64,000 nucleotides of DNA from Cyanobacteria bacterium P01_A01_bin.123. Its GTDB lineage: Bacteria > Cyanobacteriota > Cyanobacteriia > Phormidesmidales > Phormidesmidaceae. The stretch covers positions 64,001-128,000 of the forward strand of contig JBCBZT010000014.1 in assembly GCA_039815185.1 (NCBI GenBank), given 5' to 3'. The position numbers and the translations under genes are program-made. Positions 10,101 through 19,820 of the stretch are shown here, in pieces. The notes under the pieces are model-generated. The model did not search any database and was not told the origin of the DNA. It was given only the letters and a program-made list of their open reading frames with translations. The first letter of the stretch is position 1. Each line of letters opens with the position of its first letter.

Positions 10101-13100
10101 AATCATCAATAAAGTGGAGGCTGGGGTTAATTTTACGGTTTATGCTTTGATTAGACCCTGGAAGCATCACCTCAATCAGAGCATGTCTGCCTTATTTGGT
10201 AACTATCATCACGCCCTAGAAAGTGGAGAGAATGAATATGCTGCTTGGTCAATTTTGACCTATCTGCGAAATGCAAGATCGATTGGCATGGAGCTCAATG
10301 AAAATGCAAAGCAGCATGCTGCTTATATCAAAATTTTGGCAAAAACCCAACGGAGTGCAGTTGTTAATTATGCCTATCCAAGTTATCTGTTCACGTTAAA
10401 ACTACTTGATCGAGATGAGATACTAGCGGATCTTGATAGTAAAGGGCTGGATCAAGCAAGTCTGATGTCCTCTCTAACGGATGCCAACGATCGAGCAGGA
10501 TTGTGTGCAGCTTACTTGTATCAACTCATGCTGGCCTATTGGCTCGGTGACTTTGATAAAGCACTGGAATCTATTACGCTTTGTCAGAAATATCTAGACA
10601 GTATCATCGGTTTCTATGAAGTCCAGCAGTATTGGTGGTTTGCTGCCTTGACATGGCTAGCGGTCTACCCCCAAGCTCCTGACTCAAAACAGCGCTTGAG
10701 ACAAATTCATCAAAGTCGAAAAAAGCTGAAGAAATGGGCACACCATGCACCGATGAATGCGCAGCATAAGTTCCATCTAGTTGAGGCAGAGCGCTACCGA
10801 GTCTTAAAGAAGATGGCGATCGCAGCTGATTTATACGATCGGGCTATCAGTGGTGCTAAAGACAATGGATATATTCAAGAAGAAGCGCTGGCTAATGAAC
10901 TCGCAGCTAAGTTCTACTTAGCATGGGGTAAAGAAAAAGCAGCGGCGGGCTATCTGCAAGCAGCGTACTATTGTTATGCCCATTGGGGCGCTCAAGCTAA
11001 AACGGATGATTTAGCAAGGCGCTATCCCGAGTTGTTGCAGCCAGTCTTGCAGCAAGCAGCGCCAAATCCGCTGGAGACTCTCGTAACCGTTGCGGCTCCC
11101 AATCTCTCAATCCATGGGTCTACGGATCTGAGCCACGCTTCTGGTTATAACTTCAACACCACTCTTGATTTCGCCGCTGCGCTCAAAGCCTCCCAAGCCC
11201 TTTCTCAATCAATTCGACTGGATGAGTTGTTGCGCCAGTTCATTCAGATTATTCTGAAAAATTCGGGGGCCGATCGCTGTGCCTTGATCCGCCCTAACAG
11301 CGCTGGTGGGTGGCAGGTCAAAGCTATTGCCACACCCCAAGCCATAGATCTGTGCTCGGAACCGTTGGCAGGCAATTCAAACCTCCCAATTAAGCTGATT
11401 CAGTACGTTAAAAACACTTATGAAGTGGTCGTGATTGATGACCTTAATACCGACTTACCCATCATTGATGACTATTTGAGTCAGCACCGACCCAAAAGTT
11501 TACTGTGCTTGCCCATTCACACTCAAGGCCGGTTGATTGGCATTTTGTACTTAAGCAATCAATCGACGAGTGGTGTTTTCACCTACGATCGCATCCTAAT
11601 ACTCAACTTTCTTTGTACCCAGGCTGCCATTTCCCTTGAAAACGCCCGACTCTATCAAACCCTCGAAAACTATTCCCAAAGCCTAGAAGCCAAAGTTGAA
11701 GAACGCACCACTGCCCTACGGGAGAATGAAGAACGCTTGAGGCTTGCCCTCAGAGCAACCAACCAAGGCTTTTTTGATCTGAACCTGCAAACGGACGAAG
11801 CGATTGTCAGTTCAGGATATGCCCTGATGCTGGGATACGATCCAGCCACCTTCCATGAAACCGCAGCCACTTGGCGATCGCGTCTGCATCCCGACGATCA
11901 AGCACAGACTAGTCAAGCCTATCGGGCCTATGAAGCGGGTCAAACCTCCCAGTACATTGCTGAATTTCGCCAGCAAACCCAGCAGGGAGATTGGAAGTGG
12001 ATTCTCTCAATGGGGCAATTTGTTGAGTGGGATAGAGATGGGCGACCCATCCGACTGCTAGGCACCCATACTGACATTAGCGATCGCAAGTTTGCTGAAA
12101 CTCAACTGCAAGACCAAAATGAACTGCTCGCACAAATTGCTCAAGGCCAACCATTGCCTGACGTGCTCAATGCCCTCATCGATACGGTAGAACGTAGTTT
12201 GGATGGGGTGCTCTGTTCAGTCTTATTGCTCGGCAAAGACAATCGCCTCCGTTTCGGTGCGGCACCCAACTTACCTGCCGATTACAACCAGGCAACCGAT
12301 GGCGTCTTGATTGGTGAAGGCGTGGGATCTTGCGGGACTGCAGCCTTTCGTAACCAAACCGTCATCGTGGCTGATATTGCCACTGATTCTCTTTGGTGTC
12401 CCTATAAGGACTTGGCCTTAAGCCATGGTCTCAGGGCCTGTTGGTCTAGCCCGATTACTGCCAGTGGAGGGGAGGTTCTAGGCACATTCGCGATGTATTA
12501 CCAACAGGTGCGATCGCCCCAATCCCATGAATTAAAGATAATTTCGCAGATGGCTCATATTGCGGGTATTGCCATTGAACGCCAACAGGCAGAAGCGCGA
12601 TTGCGTCGCAGCGAAGCAACCCTGCTGGAGGCCCAACAGATCGCTCACATTGGTAATTGGGAGTTTGATATTCCCAGCCAAACCGTCACCTGGTCACCAG
12701 AAATGTTCCGTATGTTTGGGTTGCCCCCAGCGCAATCGCCCCCCTCCTACGCAGAGTATCTGCAGATGCTCCCAGTCGACGATCGCCTACGCTTGCAGCA
12801 ATACGTTGAGCGGGCGATCGCGGAAGCAATACCCTACACCATTGAATACAGCAGGGTTAGACCGGATGGATCGCTGAGTCACCATGAGTGCCGTGCAGAA
12901 GTGGAACAGGATTCACAAGGACAAGTCATGCGGTTGTATGGCACTGTCCTCGACATCACCGAGCGCAAACAAGCCGAACTCGCCCTGCAAAATCTGATTG
13001 CAGGCACAGCTGCCACCACGGGGCAAGATTTTTTCCCAGCACTCGTGCAGCACATCTCTGAAGCCCTGAATGTTTCCTACGCGATCGTCACCGAAAAAAT

Positions 13101-14742
13101 TGGCGATCAGCTGCAAACTCTTGCTTTCTGGGCTAATGGTGTTTTAGTTCCCCCCCATACCTATGCGCTGGCCCAGACTCCCTGTGAGCTTGTGTTGCAA
13201 ACTGGAGAGTTTTATTGCAGTAGCAACGTCCAGCAATGGTTCCCTGACGATCCAGACTTAGTTGAACTGGAAGCAGAGAGCTATCTAGGTATTGTGTTGC
13301 CAAACAATCAAGGGCAGGCGATCGGCCATCTGTGCATCCTTCATCAGCAGCCGATCACGAATTTACAACGGGCAAAACAAATTCTCCGGGTCTTTGCGGC
13401 TCGGGCTGCCGCTGAACTCGAACGGCAGCAGTCTGAAGCCCTGATCACCCACAACGCGTTGCATGATCCGCTGACAGGTTTACCGAATCGAACCCTGTTG
13501 TTAGAGCGGCTAGAGCTTGCGATCAACCGCTCCCAACGGATTGGGGACTACCGCTATGCTGTTCTATTTCTCGATCTAGATCGATTCAAAGTGATTAATG
13601 ACAGTTTGGGGCATGTGATTGGCGATAAGCTTCTGGTTGCGATCGCCCAAAGATTAAAAACTCATTTGCGACAAATGGATTTAGTGGCTCGCCTCGGGGG
13701 AGATGAGTTTTTAATTCTGTTAGAAGATACCAGCAGCACCGAAGAAGTGGTTCAAATTGCTGAACGGATCCTGGCGGATTGCCAAACACCGCTCACCATC
13801 GATATCCATAAAATTTTCACCGGCATCAGCATTGGCATCGTTCTCGGCACAACGAGTTATCACCGGGCCACCGATTTGATTCGCGATGCAGATATCGCCA
13901 TGTATCGTGCTAAAACGCAAGCGAGTAATTCCTATAAATTCTTTGATGCGACGATGCACACCCAAGCCCTGAACCGTCTTACCCTAGAAACCGATCTGCG
14001 TAAGGCACTCGCTCAAGAAGAATTCATCATCCACTATCAACCCATCTTTGATTTGCACGCCCATCGACTGGTTGGATTTGAGGCATTAGCTCGCTGGCAG
14101 CATCCTACCCGAGGATTAATTTTCCCCGATAATTTCGTCTCTATTGCCGAAGAAACAGGTTTGATTGCTTCCCTCGACAGTTGGGTAATTCATCAAGCTT
14201 GCCAACAAATCGTGAGTTGGCAGGACAAATTCACTGATTATGCCCCTCTAAAAGTTAGTGTCAACCTCTCTGCTCAGGATCTGAGTAACGCAAATTTAAT
14301 TCAGGATATTGATGATATCTTGGCCACTACTGGCTTAGCGGGTGACTCAATTACGCTAGAAATTACTGAGAGTATGTTGATTGAAGATATTGACCAAACC
14401 ATTGATTTATTAGCTCAACTCGCATCAAGACAGATTCAGATCAGTATTGATGATTTTGGCACTGGTTATTCGTCTCTTAATTATCTCCATCGCCTACCCG
14501 TCCATAGCTTGAAGATTGACCGTTGTTTTGTGAGTCAGATGCAGGCAGAAAACCGAAACTACCAGGTTGTGAAGACGATTATTACTTTGAGTAATCAGCT
14601 CGGATTAATCACCGTGGCAGAGGGCATCGAGACATCACAACAATTGCAAAGGCTACAGCAGCTTGGCTGTCAGTTAGGGCAGGGCTACTTATTCTCAAAG
14701 CCACTTACCCCCCCTGAAATCGAGTCTCATTTTCTCCAATGA
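7135..14742 (+). CDS. Giant signalling protein: Ser/Thr kinase - AAA ATPase - helical region - GAF - PAS - GAF - PAS - GAF - GGDEF - EAL
   Basis: HKDIKPDN/DFS/SPE kinase motifs; GFSGIGKT P-loop and 'FLDDLHWAD'; PAS 'LHPDD...W'; 'RQMDLVARLGGDEF'; 'GFEALARW', 'DDFGTGYSS', 'VAEGIET'. Confidence 0.92.
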   Translation: METDTNPVPSIPGYVIVEQLSKGSRAEVYRALQQGQQPVVIKVLRHEHPSFEELVQFRNQYAIARRLNHPKIACPLALERCGNGYALVMPDEGFIALPVYWQQHDRPGCDVSGGLAIASQLAGALHYLTEQRILHKDIKPDNILIHPETGQIKLIDFSLASLLPEERQQFPNPNLLEGTLAYISPEQTGRMNRGIDYRTDFYSLGVTMFELLVGELPFQTADPMGLVHCHIARPVQFSETSQQLIPERVRAIILKLMAKNAEDRYQSALGLKHDLDICLQQWDATGDITAFELGERDTRDRFLIPARLYGREKEVQLLLDAFERVAGNQASSELMLVAGFSGIGKTAVINKIHKPITCQNGYFIKGKFDQFNRNIPLLAFVQALQDLIGQLLSNSDAQLTQWRTQILDAVGENGQVLIELIPELHQVIGQQPAAPELSGTAAQNRFNWLFQKLIAVFATAEQPLVMFLDDLHWADSASLKLIKVLMDNESCLLLLGAYRDHEVSLAHPLRLTTAALMENGKTVNTIALAPLTLRDTNQFVADTLGCSTQRSRLLAELLNRKTQGNPFFISRFLKALHEDGYIQFDRHQGHWDCDVTQINAPYLTDDILEFMTQQLHRLPLKTQQVLKLAACLGNQFDLATLSLISEQSQTDTAAALWKARQEGLILPVNEIYKFFQNTDTQTPPQAVAVSYRFLHDQIQQAAYALIPEVDKSSTHLKIGRLIIDQISESELEPRLFDIANNISLGKALINHPIEQYRFGRLLLRAACKAKAATAYNAAAQYCQTGITILGQQAWQNRQTLMREFYEVGAEVTYLNSDFKRSEAFTDIALERANSVLETIKSYEIKILAYIIQNKTLEGLKIGFKILSELGITFPSNPDSISILSGFFKTKLLLWGHSIKSIEGSSIMKNPLAKARSAVIKAILPAAYISAPNLYPLLIFKQIELLLKYGNNDAAPSAYCSYGVILSNFLGDIETGYKFGELALRLMSDSIINKVEAGVNFTVYALIRPWKHHLNQSMSALFGNYHHALESGENEYAAWSILTYLRNARSIGMELNENAKQHAAYIKILAKTQRSAVVNYAYPSYLFTLKLLDRDEILADLDSKGLDQASLMSSLTDANDRAGLCAAYLYQLMLAYWLGDFDKALESITLCQKYLDSIIGFYEVQQYWWFAALTWLAVYPQAPDSKQRLRQIHQSRKKLKKWAHHAPMNAQHKFHLVEAERYRVLKKMAIAADLYDRAISGAKDNGYIQEEALANELAAKFYLAWGKEKAAAGYLQAAYYCYAHWGAQAKTDDLARRYPELLQPVLQQAAPNPLETLVTVAAPNLSIHGSTDLSHASGYNFNTTLDFAAALKASQALSQSIRLDELLRQFIQIILKNSGADRCALIRPNSAGGWQVKAIATPQAIDLCSEPLAGNSNLPIKLIQYVKNTYEVVVIDDLNTDLPIIDDYLSQHRPKSLLCLPIHTQGRLIGILYLSNQSTSGVFTYDRILILNFLCTQAAISLENARLYQTLENYSQSLEAKVEERTTALRENEERLRLALRATNQGFFDLNLQTDEAIVSSGYALMLGYDPATFHETAATWRSRLHPDDQAQTSQAYRAYEAGQTSQYIAEFRQQTQQGDWKWILSMGQFVEWDRDGRPIRLLGTHTDISDRKFAETQLQDQNELLAQIAQGQPLPDVLNALIDTVERSLDGVLCSVLLLGKDNRLRFGAAPNLPADYNQATDGVLIGEGVGSCGTAAFRNQTVIVADIATDSLWCPYKDLALSHGLRACWSSPITASGGEVLGTFAMYYQQVRSPQSHELKIISQMAHIAGIAIERQQAEARLRRSEATLLEAQQIAHIGNWEFDIPSQTVTWSPEMFRMFGLPPAQSPPSYAEYLQMLPVDDRLRLQQYVERAIAEAIPYTIEYSRVRPDGSLSHHECRAEVEQDSQGQVMRLYGTVLDITERKQAELALQNLIAGTAATTGQDFFPALVQHISEALNVSYAIVTEKIGDQLQTLAFWANGVLVPPHTYALAQTPCELVLQTGEFYCSSNVQQWFPDDPDLVELEAESYLGIVLPNNQGQAIGHLCILHQQPITNLQRAKQILRVFAARAAAELERQQSEALITHNALHDPLTGLPNRTLLLERLELAINRSQRIGDYRYAVLFLDLDRFKVINDSLGHVIGDKLLVAIAQRLKTHLRQMDLVARLGGDEFLILLEDTSSTEEVVQIAERILADCQTPLTIDIHKIFTGISIGIVLGTTSYHRATDLIRDADIAMYRAKTQASNSYKFFDATMHTQALNRLTLETDLRKALAQEEFIIHYQPIFDLHAHRLVGFEALARWQHPTRGLIFPDNFVSIAEETGLIASLDSWVIHQACQQIVSWQDKFTDYAPLKVSVNLSAQDLSNANLIQDIDDILATTGLAGDSITLEITESMLIEDIDQTIDLLAQLASRQIQISIDDFGTGYSSLNYLHRLPVHSLKIDRCFVSQMQAENRNYQVVKTIITLSNQLGLITVAEGIETSQQLQRLQQLGCQLGQGYLFSKPLTPPEIESHFLQ

Positions 14743-14866
14743 ACGCTCTGACTGGCCGGCTTGAGCAATGCTTGGGCTGCGTCGCCTGAAGCAGTAATTA
14801 ATGCGAGGTAATCAAAATCAGAAAAGTTTGTAAAGATGATGAGCGTATTGGGTTGAGTAAGCTCCA

Positions 14867-15286
14867 ATGATCAAGATCGAGCGTGGTACATCACGACATG
14901 ACCTCCTTGAGCTGATCGCGGATCTATCTGGGCCATGGTATGAACCGATGGCGTTTTCAGGGTTTGGTACAGATTTCCAAAGGGCTGTTCTCGCAGAGGG
15001 CAGCGTGGTCGATGCCTATGCTGCTGTTGATTGTGCACTCCTCGACTGGGCCCGCACAATCAACACACAAACTGTTTTAGAACAGCTTGCCGCCATTGTT
15101 CAAGCTCCACCTGGGGCAGACTTTTACAGTGACCTGGCCAGTCGGCGTCAGGCTCAATGGGACGATGCCATTAGCTGGATTATCCAAGCGATTCAAGATG
15201 CCAACCCCGATGAATTTCAAGAATTACGTGGATCCCTAGAATTCGTCCTGCTCAAGGATTACATTGAAAATGACGATTGTGAATAA
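14867..15286 (+). CDS. Hypothetical acidic protein (139 aa)
   Basis: ATG-start ORF filling the gap between genes; no recognised motif. Confidence 0.55.
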   Translation: MIKIERGTSRHDLLELIADLSGPWYEPMAFSGFGTDFQRAVLAEGSVVDAYAAVDCALLDWARTINTQTVLEQLAAIVQAPPGADFYSDLASRRQAQWDDAISWIIQAIQDANPDEFQELRGSLEFVLLKDYIENDDCE

Positions 15287-15416
15287 CTCGATAAGCCTAG
15301 GAAATAGGGATGGAGTAGCACAATGTATGAGCTGACAAATCCAGCTCTTTGCTTCACATTAGGCAGGCATACTCCATAGTCCTAAGCACAGCAGTTTTAT
15401 TAGAGAAATCACGGCA

Positions 15417-16034
15417 ATGAAAAAAATTATTCTTGCAGTTGCAATAACAAGCTTGGCTGTCACGGGATGCACGTTAGGCGGATCAGAAAGCTCTGCAGAA
15501 CTGCCTATCGTGGAAGAACCAGAAAGTTCTACGGAAGCGCCCATTGTAGAGGCACCGCAAGAATCGGATACACAAACCGCTACGTTCGCCGATGGTTCAG
15601 TTGAAATGCAGTTTCCAGTTGGATGGCATGAAAACGATAGCGAACATCCCTATGATCTCCAATATTTTTCAGAATTTGAAAATATGAATACTGGCTTATT
15701 TCTGTACAAATCAGAAGATTTGGCAGCAGAGTCGACGCCTCAAGCAATATTTGAATGGCACGTTGAAGATTTAGGTGCTAAACGGGAGAACTTTACGGTT
15801 CAAGAGCCAGAGCAAACAGAGAATATTGGTGATAACACCATCACGACAGTTGTTTATTCTGGTGATAAAGATGCATCGAGGTTCTACTACAAATTTACTT
15901 TGGTAGAGTTTGCCGAGGATCCCGATCGATTTTTAGTGGCGCTTCAGGTGGCAATCCCCAGTGAGTGGAGCGCGAGCAAGCCAATTCTTGAAGAGATTAT
16001 GCGTTCTGCCAGAATTAGCTCGGCAAGCCTATAA
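15417..16034 (+). CDS. Lipoprotein of unknown function (possibly PsbP/DcrB-like fold)
   Basis: Signal peptide with lipobox 'LAVTGC', acidic linker, globular C-terminal domain. Confidence 0.7.
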   Translation: MKKIILAVAITSLAVTGCTLGGSESSAELPIVEEPESSTEAPIVEAPQESDTQTATFADGSVEMQFPVGWHENDSEHPYDLQYFSEFENMNTGLFLYKSEDLAAESTPQAIFEWHVEDLGAKRENFTVQEPEQTENIGDNTITTVVYSGDKDASRFYYKFTLVEFAEDPDRFLVALQVAIPSEWSASKPILEEIMRSARISSASL

Positions 16035-16167
16035 AACTGTAGCCATAAGCTTTAGCTTGCGAGTGTGAGCGAGTGATCTGTAGCGCGTCGCGCCATACAC
16101 CCCCAGGAGCGCCCAATTGCTGAAAGCGCTCTTGGCAGCACAATAGCAACGTTATACGTACAGCGTC

Positions 16168-17160
16168 ATGAGGCGTCTCAAGATTAAGCGGTTAATAGCA
16201 GTCGCGATCGCGGCCTTGGGATTATGTTTGTACTTGAATAATGCCTCGTTTCTTGCTGCTCCAATTGGGGCTGAGCCCATTCTGGTTGCCCATCGGGGCC
16301 TGAGCCAAGACTTTGATCGTGAAGGTCTCAATAACGACACTTGCACCGCCACTCGCATGCTGCCAACGTCCCACGAGTATTTAGAAAATACGATCCCGTC
16401 TATGGAAGCGGCGTTTGCCTATGGGGCCGATATCGTTGAATTCGATATTCACCCCACTACTGACAACCACTTTGCCGTCTTTCACGATTGGACGGTTGAC
16501 TGCCGTACCAACGGGACTGGGGTTACTCGTAAACACACCCTTGAAACTCTGCAAGCGCTTGATATTGGCTATGGCTACACTACTGATGGCCAAACCTACC
16601 CGTTTCGTGGAAAGGGGGTAGGGATGATGCCTTCATTAGAAACAGTACTGTCCACTTTTCCAGATCGCAAGTTTGTAATCAACATCAAAAGCCAAGACCC
16701 TAAAGAAGGCAAGCTCCTTGCCGATCGACTAGCTAAACTCTCTCCAGAACGCCAAGCTCAGATGATGGTTTACGGTGCAGCCCAGCCAGTCAATATTATT
16801 CGAGAACAACTGCCTCCCATTCGCACGCTTTGGCCGCATCGGCTGAAACAGTGTCTGAGCCGCTATCTAGCCTTTGGTTGGGCCGGGCATGTACCTACTA
16901 TTTGCCAACGGAATATGCTGATGGTGCCAGCTAACTATGCCCGGTGGCTGTGGGGGTGGCCCAACCGCTTTCTGCAGCGCATGGATAAAGTTGGCACAAG
17001 CGTCTTTTTGATTGGCAATTATGACGGTGAAGGTTTTTCAAAAGGATTTGATGATCCTGAACGTCTCAAAGAACTGCCCTCAGACTATGCGGGTGGTATT
17101 TGGACAGATCGGATTGATTTGATTGGCCCAGCCGTTGAGGAAGGGAGCTTTTCATCATGA
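16168..17160 (+). CDS. Glycerophosphodiester phosphodiesterase family protein
   Basis: 'VAHRG', 'ENT', 'GADIVEFDIH', 'FHD', 'GIWTD'. Confidence 0.9.
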   Translation: MRRLKIKRLIAVAIAALGLCLYLNNASFLAAPIGAEPILVAHRGLSQDFDREGLNNDTCTATRMLPTSHEYLENTIPSMEAAFAYGADIVEFDIHPTTDNHFAVFHDWTVDCRTNGTGVTRKHTLETLQALDIGYGYTTDGQTYPFRGKGVGMMPSLETVLSTFPDRKFVINIKSQDPKEGKLLADRLAKLSPERQAQMMVYGAAQPVNIIREQLPPIRTLWPHRLKQCLSRYLAFGWAGHVPTICQRNMLMVPANYARWLWGWPNRFLQRMDKVGTSVFLIGNYDGEGFSKGFDDPERLKELPSDYAGGIWTDRIDLIGPAVEEGSFSS

Positions 17161-17781
17161 AAGCTGGAGAGACTGGCCAAAATATCCTTCGATGCCAGCT
17201 AAAATCGCCTCCATCGCTAAGGCAGCCAGCAATAACCCCAAAATTCGAGTGATCACATTTACCCCTGTTTGCCCTAGGCTCTTCTGAATCCAGTCTGCAG
17301 AGAGCAAGGCCACAAAGGTGATGAGCAACACAGCCAGTAAGGCCAATGCCGTCAGTGCCTGATCAACGAAGCCAAACTTCATGTTGTCTGTCAATAACAC
17401 CACGGTCATGATGCCGCCTGGCCCGGCGATCAGGGGGGTCGCCAATGGAAACACTGCTAAATCAATGGATGAAGCCGGATCAGTCGATGCCGAGTGCCCT
17501 CCAGCATCTTGCAAAACCATCTGTAAGCCCACAATCAGCAACAAAATTCCGCCCGCTGTCCGAAAGGCTGGCAGGCTGATCTCTAAAGCCTCCAGCAGAG
17601 GCTGACCCATGACTAAAAATGCAAACAAGATGACGGTTGAGATGCCTACTCCTAACAATGCGATGCGTTGACGGCTGACCTGAGGCTCCTTTTGCGTGAT
17701 GGCAATAAAGAGCGGCACCAACCCGATTGGATCAATCACCACAAACAACGTGACCGCATCCTGAAGAAAGTGTTGAAACAT
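17155..17781 (-). CDS. marC: MarC family membrane protein
   Basis: 'LFVVIDPIG', 'AVFPLATPLIAGPG', 'ITRILGLLLAALA'. Confidence 0.9.
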   Translation of the reverse strand: MFQHFLQDAVTLFVVIDPIGLVPLFIAITQKEPQVSRQRIALLGVGISTVILFAFLVMGQPLLEALEISLPAFRTAGGILLLIVGLQMVLQDAGGHSASTDPASSIDLAVFPLATPLIAGPGGIMTVVLLTDNMKFGFVDQALTALALLAVLLITFVALLSADWIQKSLGQTGVNVITRILGLLLAALAMEAILAGIEGYFGQSLQLS

Positions 17782-17848
17782 AGGGATTCTACAGAATCAG
17801 TAAGTCTGAGGCCAGTATCCCCCAATATTGAAGGATTGAGGGGCTTAG

Positions 17849-18280
17849 CTAGTTGTTGTGAAAGAACACCACATCACAATGGGCATGACGAATGACACGA
17901 CTTTCCATGGTTCCCAGCAGATAATCAACGGGTTCTGGACGATCTGCCCCCAGGAAGATTAAATCGACTTTTTCTTCTTCAGCAACTTCTAGGATTTGCG
18001 CATGGGTCGAACCATAGCGCACGCTTAACCCGGCAATGAGATCCTTGGGGATGTGGTCATTCGCAAACGTTTCTAAAGATTCCAGCGCTTTGGCCTGCGC
18101 TTTTTCAATAAAGTTTTCGGGTAGTAATGGGCTGACAAAATAACCGCCGTAGTCAGCCATCACGGTCATGACGATAAATTGCCCTTCTAAGGCCTTAATG
18201 TAAGCAATCGCTCGATCTAAAAAGGTTAGCTTAGCATTGAGCTGATTGATATCGATAGGAAGTAGAACTTTAAGCATCAT
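17849..18280 (-). CDS. Universal stress protein (UspF/TeaD-like)
   Basis: 'VLLPID', 'VDLIFLGA', 'YLLGTMESRVIRHAHCDV'. Confidence 0.85.
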   Translation of the reverse strand: MMLKVLLPIDINQLNAKLTFLDRAIAYIKALEGQFIVMTVMADYGGYFVSPLLPENFIEKAQAKALESLETFANDHIPKDLIAGLSVRYGSTHAQILEVAEEEKVDLIFLGADRPEPVDYLLGTMESRVIRHAHCDVVFFHNN

Positions 18281-18317
18281 AATGGCTCCTAGTGCGGATT
18301 GCTGGCTGCGTTAATCT

Positions 18318-19820
18318 TCACTCAGCAGAACTGGCCGACGCCGCCATCGCCATCTCTGGATCGTCTATGGTCTCTAACTGAATGCGGGTAATCGTCAGGT
18401 TCATCGCGCCTAAGAAAATAGACACGAGGGGACTGAGAATGTTGAAAAAGCAGAAGGGTAAATAGCTCAGGGTGGGCACGCCCAGAACGCCTGAGTGAAA
18501 TGCACCGCCAGAATTCCAAGGAATCAAAACCGATGTCACGGTGCCAGCGTCTTCAACCGCCCGAGAAAGGTTTTTAGGGTGTAACCCATACTTGAGATAG
18601 GCGGAACGAAACATGCGAGCGGGTACAACGATGGCGATGTACTGGTCTGAAGCAGTGGCATTCATGAAGAGACAGGTTGCAACCGTTGCCCCGACCAAGG
18701 TGCCTGCCCCACGAGCGCCAGCCAGAATGGTATTGGCCAATTTTTGCAACATACCGCAGGCTTCCAACATGCCCCCAAACAGCATGGCGGTGATAATCAG
18801 CCAAATCGTATTCAGCATGCTGCTCATACCACCTCTGGAGAACAGGCCATCAATTACTTCATTACCCGTCTCAATACTGAAGCCATCGGCAGCCACCCCC
18901 ACCAAAAGTCCGTAAGCCCCGCCAAGGGTAAAGTTGCCATCCAGCATCGTCGTTAGGAGACCGCCCTGAAAAATCACAGCGGCAAGGCATCCTAAAAGAA
19001 CTCCAAAAACGAGCGCTGGCAGAGCAGGCACCCGCAGGGCAACCATCGTAACCACTAGCAGGGGTACCGCCAACAAAAGCAGATTCAGGTTGAAGTTGTC
19101 TAGAATGACGCCTTGAACCTCGGCGATCGCGTCCCCACTTAAACTGTCGCCTTGATAGAAAAAACCAAGCACAAGAAACCCAATTAGGGCCAACCCAATA
19201 GCAGGCCCTGATGAGTAAACCATGTGACGAATGTGGGTAAACAGATCGGTTCCTGCCATGGCGGGAGCCAGATTGGTGGTATCCGATAAAGGCGACATTT
19301 TATCGCCGAAATAAGCGCCTGAAATGACGGCTCCCGCTACCATGCCGACCGGGACATTAAAGGTCTGGCCGATGGCAATCAGAGCAATGCCAATGGTGCC
19401 GCTAGTCGACCAACTACTCCCTGTACAGAGCGCCACAATACAGCTGACAACACAGGAGACAAACAGGAAGACTCTAGGGTTAATAATTTCTAAGCCGTAA
19501 TAAATCATCAGCGGCACAATGCCACTGGCAATCCAAATGGAAATGAGTGAACCCACCACAAATAGGATTAAAACGGCCTGGAGTGACATGCCAATTGATT
19601 TGATCACCTGCTCCTCTAGGAAGCGATAGGGAATTTTCAGGGCAAACACGCCGATTAATCCGGCAAGCAGTGCGGATAGGCTCAAGGCGATTTGATTGGG
19701 GCCAAATGTAGCGTTATCCTTAAACAAAAGGACATTAAAAACCATCAGAGCAATCAAAACCCCAATGGGAATCAAGCATAAGAGAACGGAGGGTTCGCGC
19801 CTGTCCAACTCTTCTTGCAT
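18318..19820 (-). CDS. nhaC: NhaC-family Na+/H+ antiporter or amino-acid transporter
   Basis: 'TGSSWSTSGTIG', 'SGAYFGDKMSPLSDTTNLA', 'SRAVEDAGTVTSVLIPWN'; GAGGAG RBS. Confidence 0.88.
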   Translation of the reverse strand: MQEELDRREPSVLLCLIPIGVLIALMVFNVLLFKDNATFGPNQIALSLSALLAGLIGVFALKIPYRFLEEQVIKSIGMSLQAVLILFVVGSLISIWIASGIVPLMIYYGLEIINPRVFLFVSCVVSCIVALCTGSSWSTSGTIGIALIAIGQTFNVPVGMVAGAVISGAYFGDKMSPLSDTTNLAPAMAGTDLFTHIRHMVYSSGPAIGLALIGFLVLGFFYQGDSLSGDAIAEVQGVILDNFNLNLLLLAVPLLVVTMVALRVPALPALVFGVLLGCLAAVIFQGGLLTTMLDGNFTLGGAYGLLVGVAADGFSIETGNEVIDGLFSRGGMSSMLNTIWLIITAMLFGGMLEACGMLQKLANTILAGARGAGTLVGATVATCLFMNATASDQYIAIVVPARMFRSAYLKYGLHPKNLSRAVEDAGTVTSVLIPWNSGGAFHSGVLGVPTLSYLPFCFFNILSPLVSIFLGAMNLTITRIQLETIDDPEMAMAASASSAE

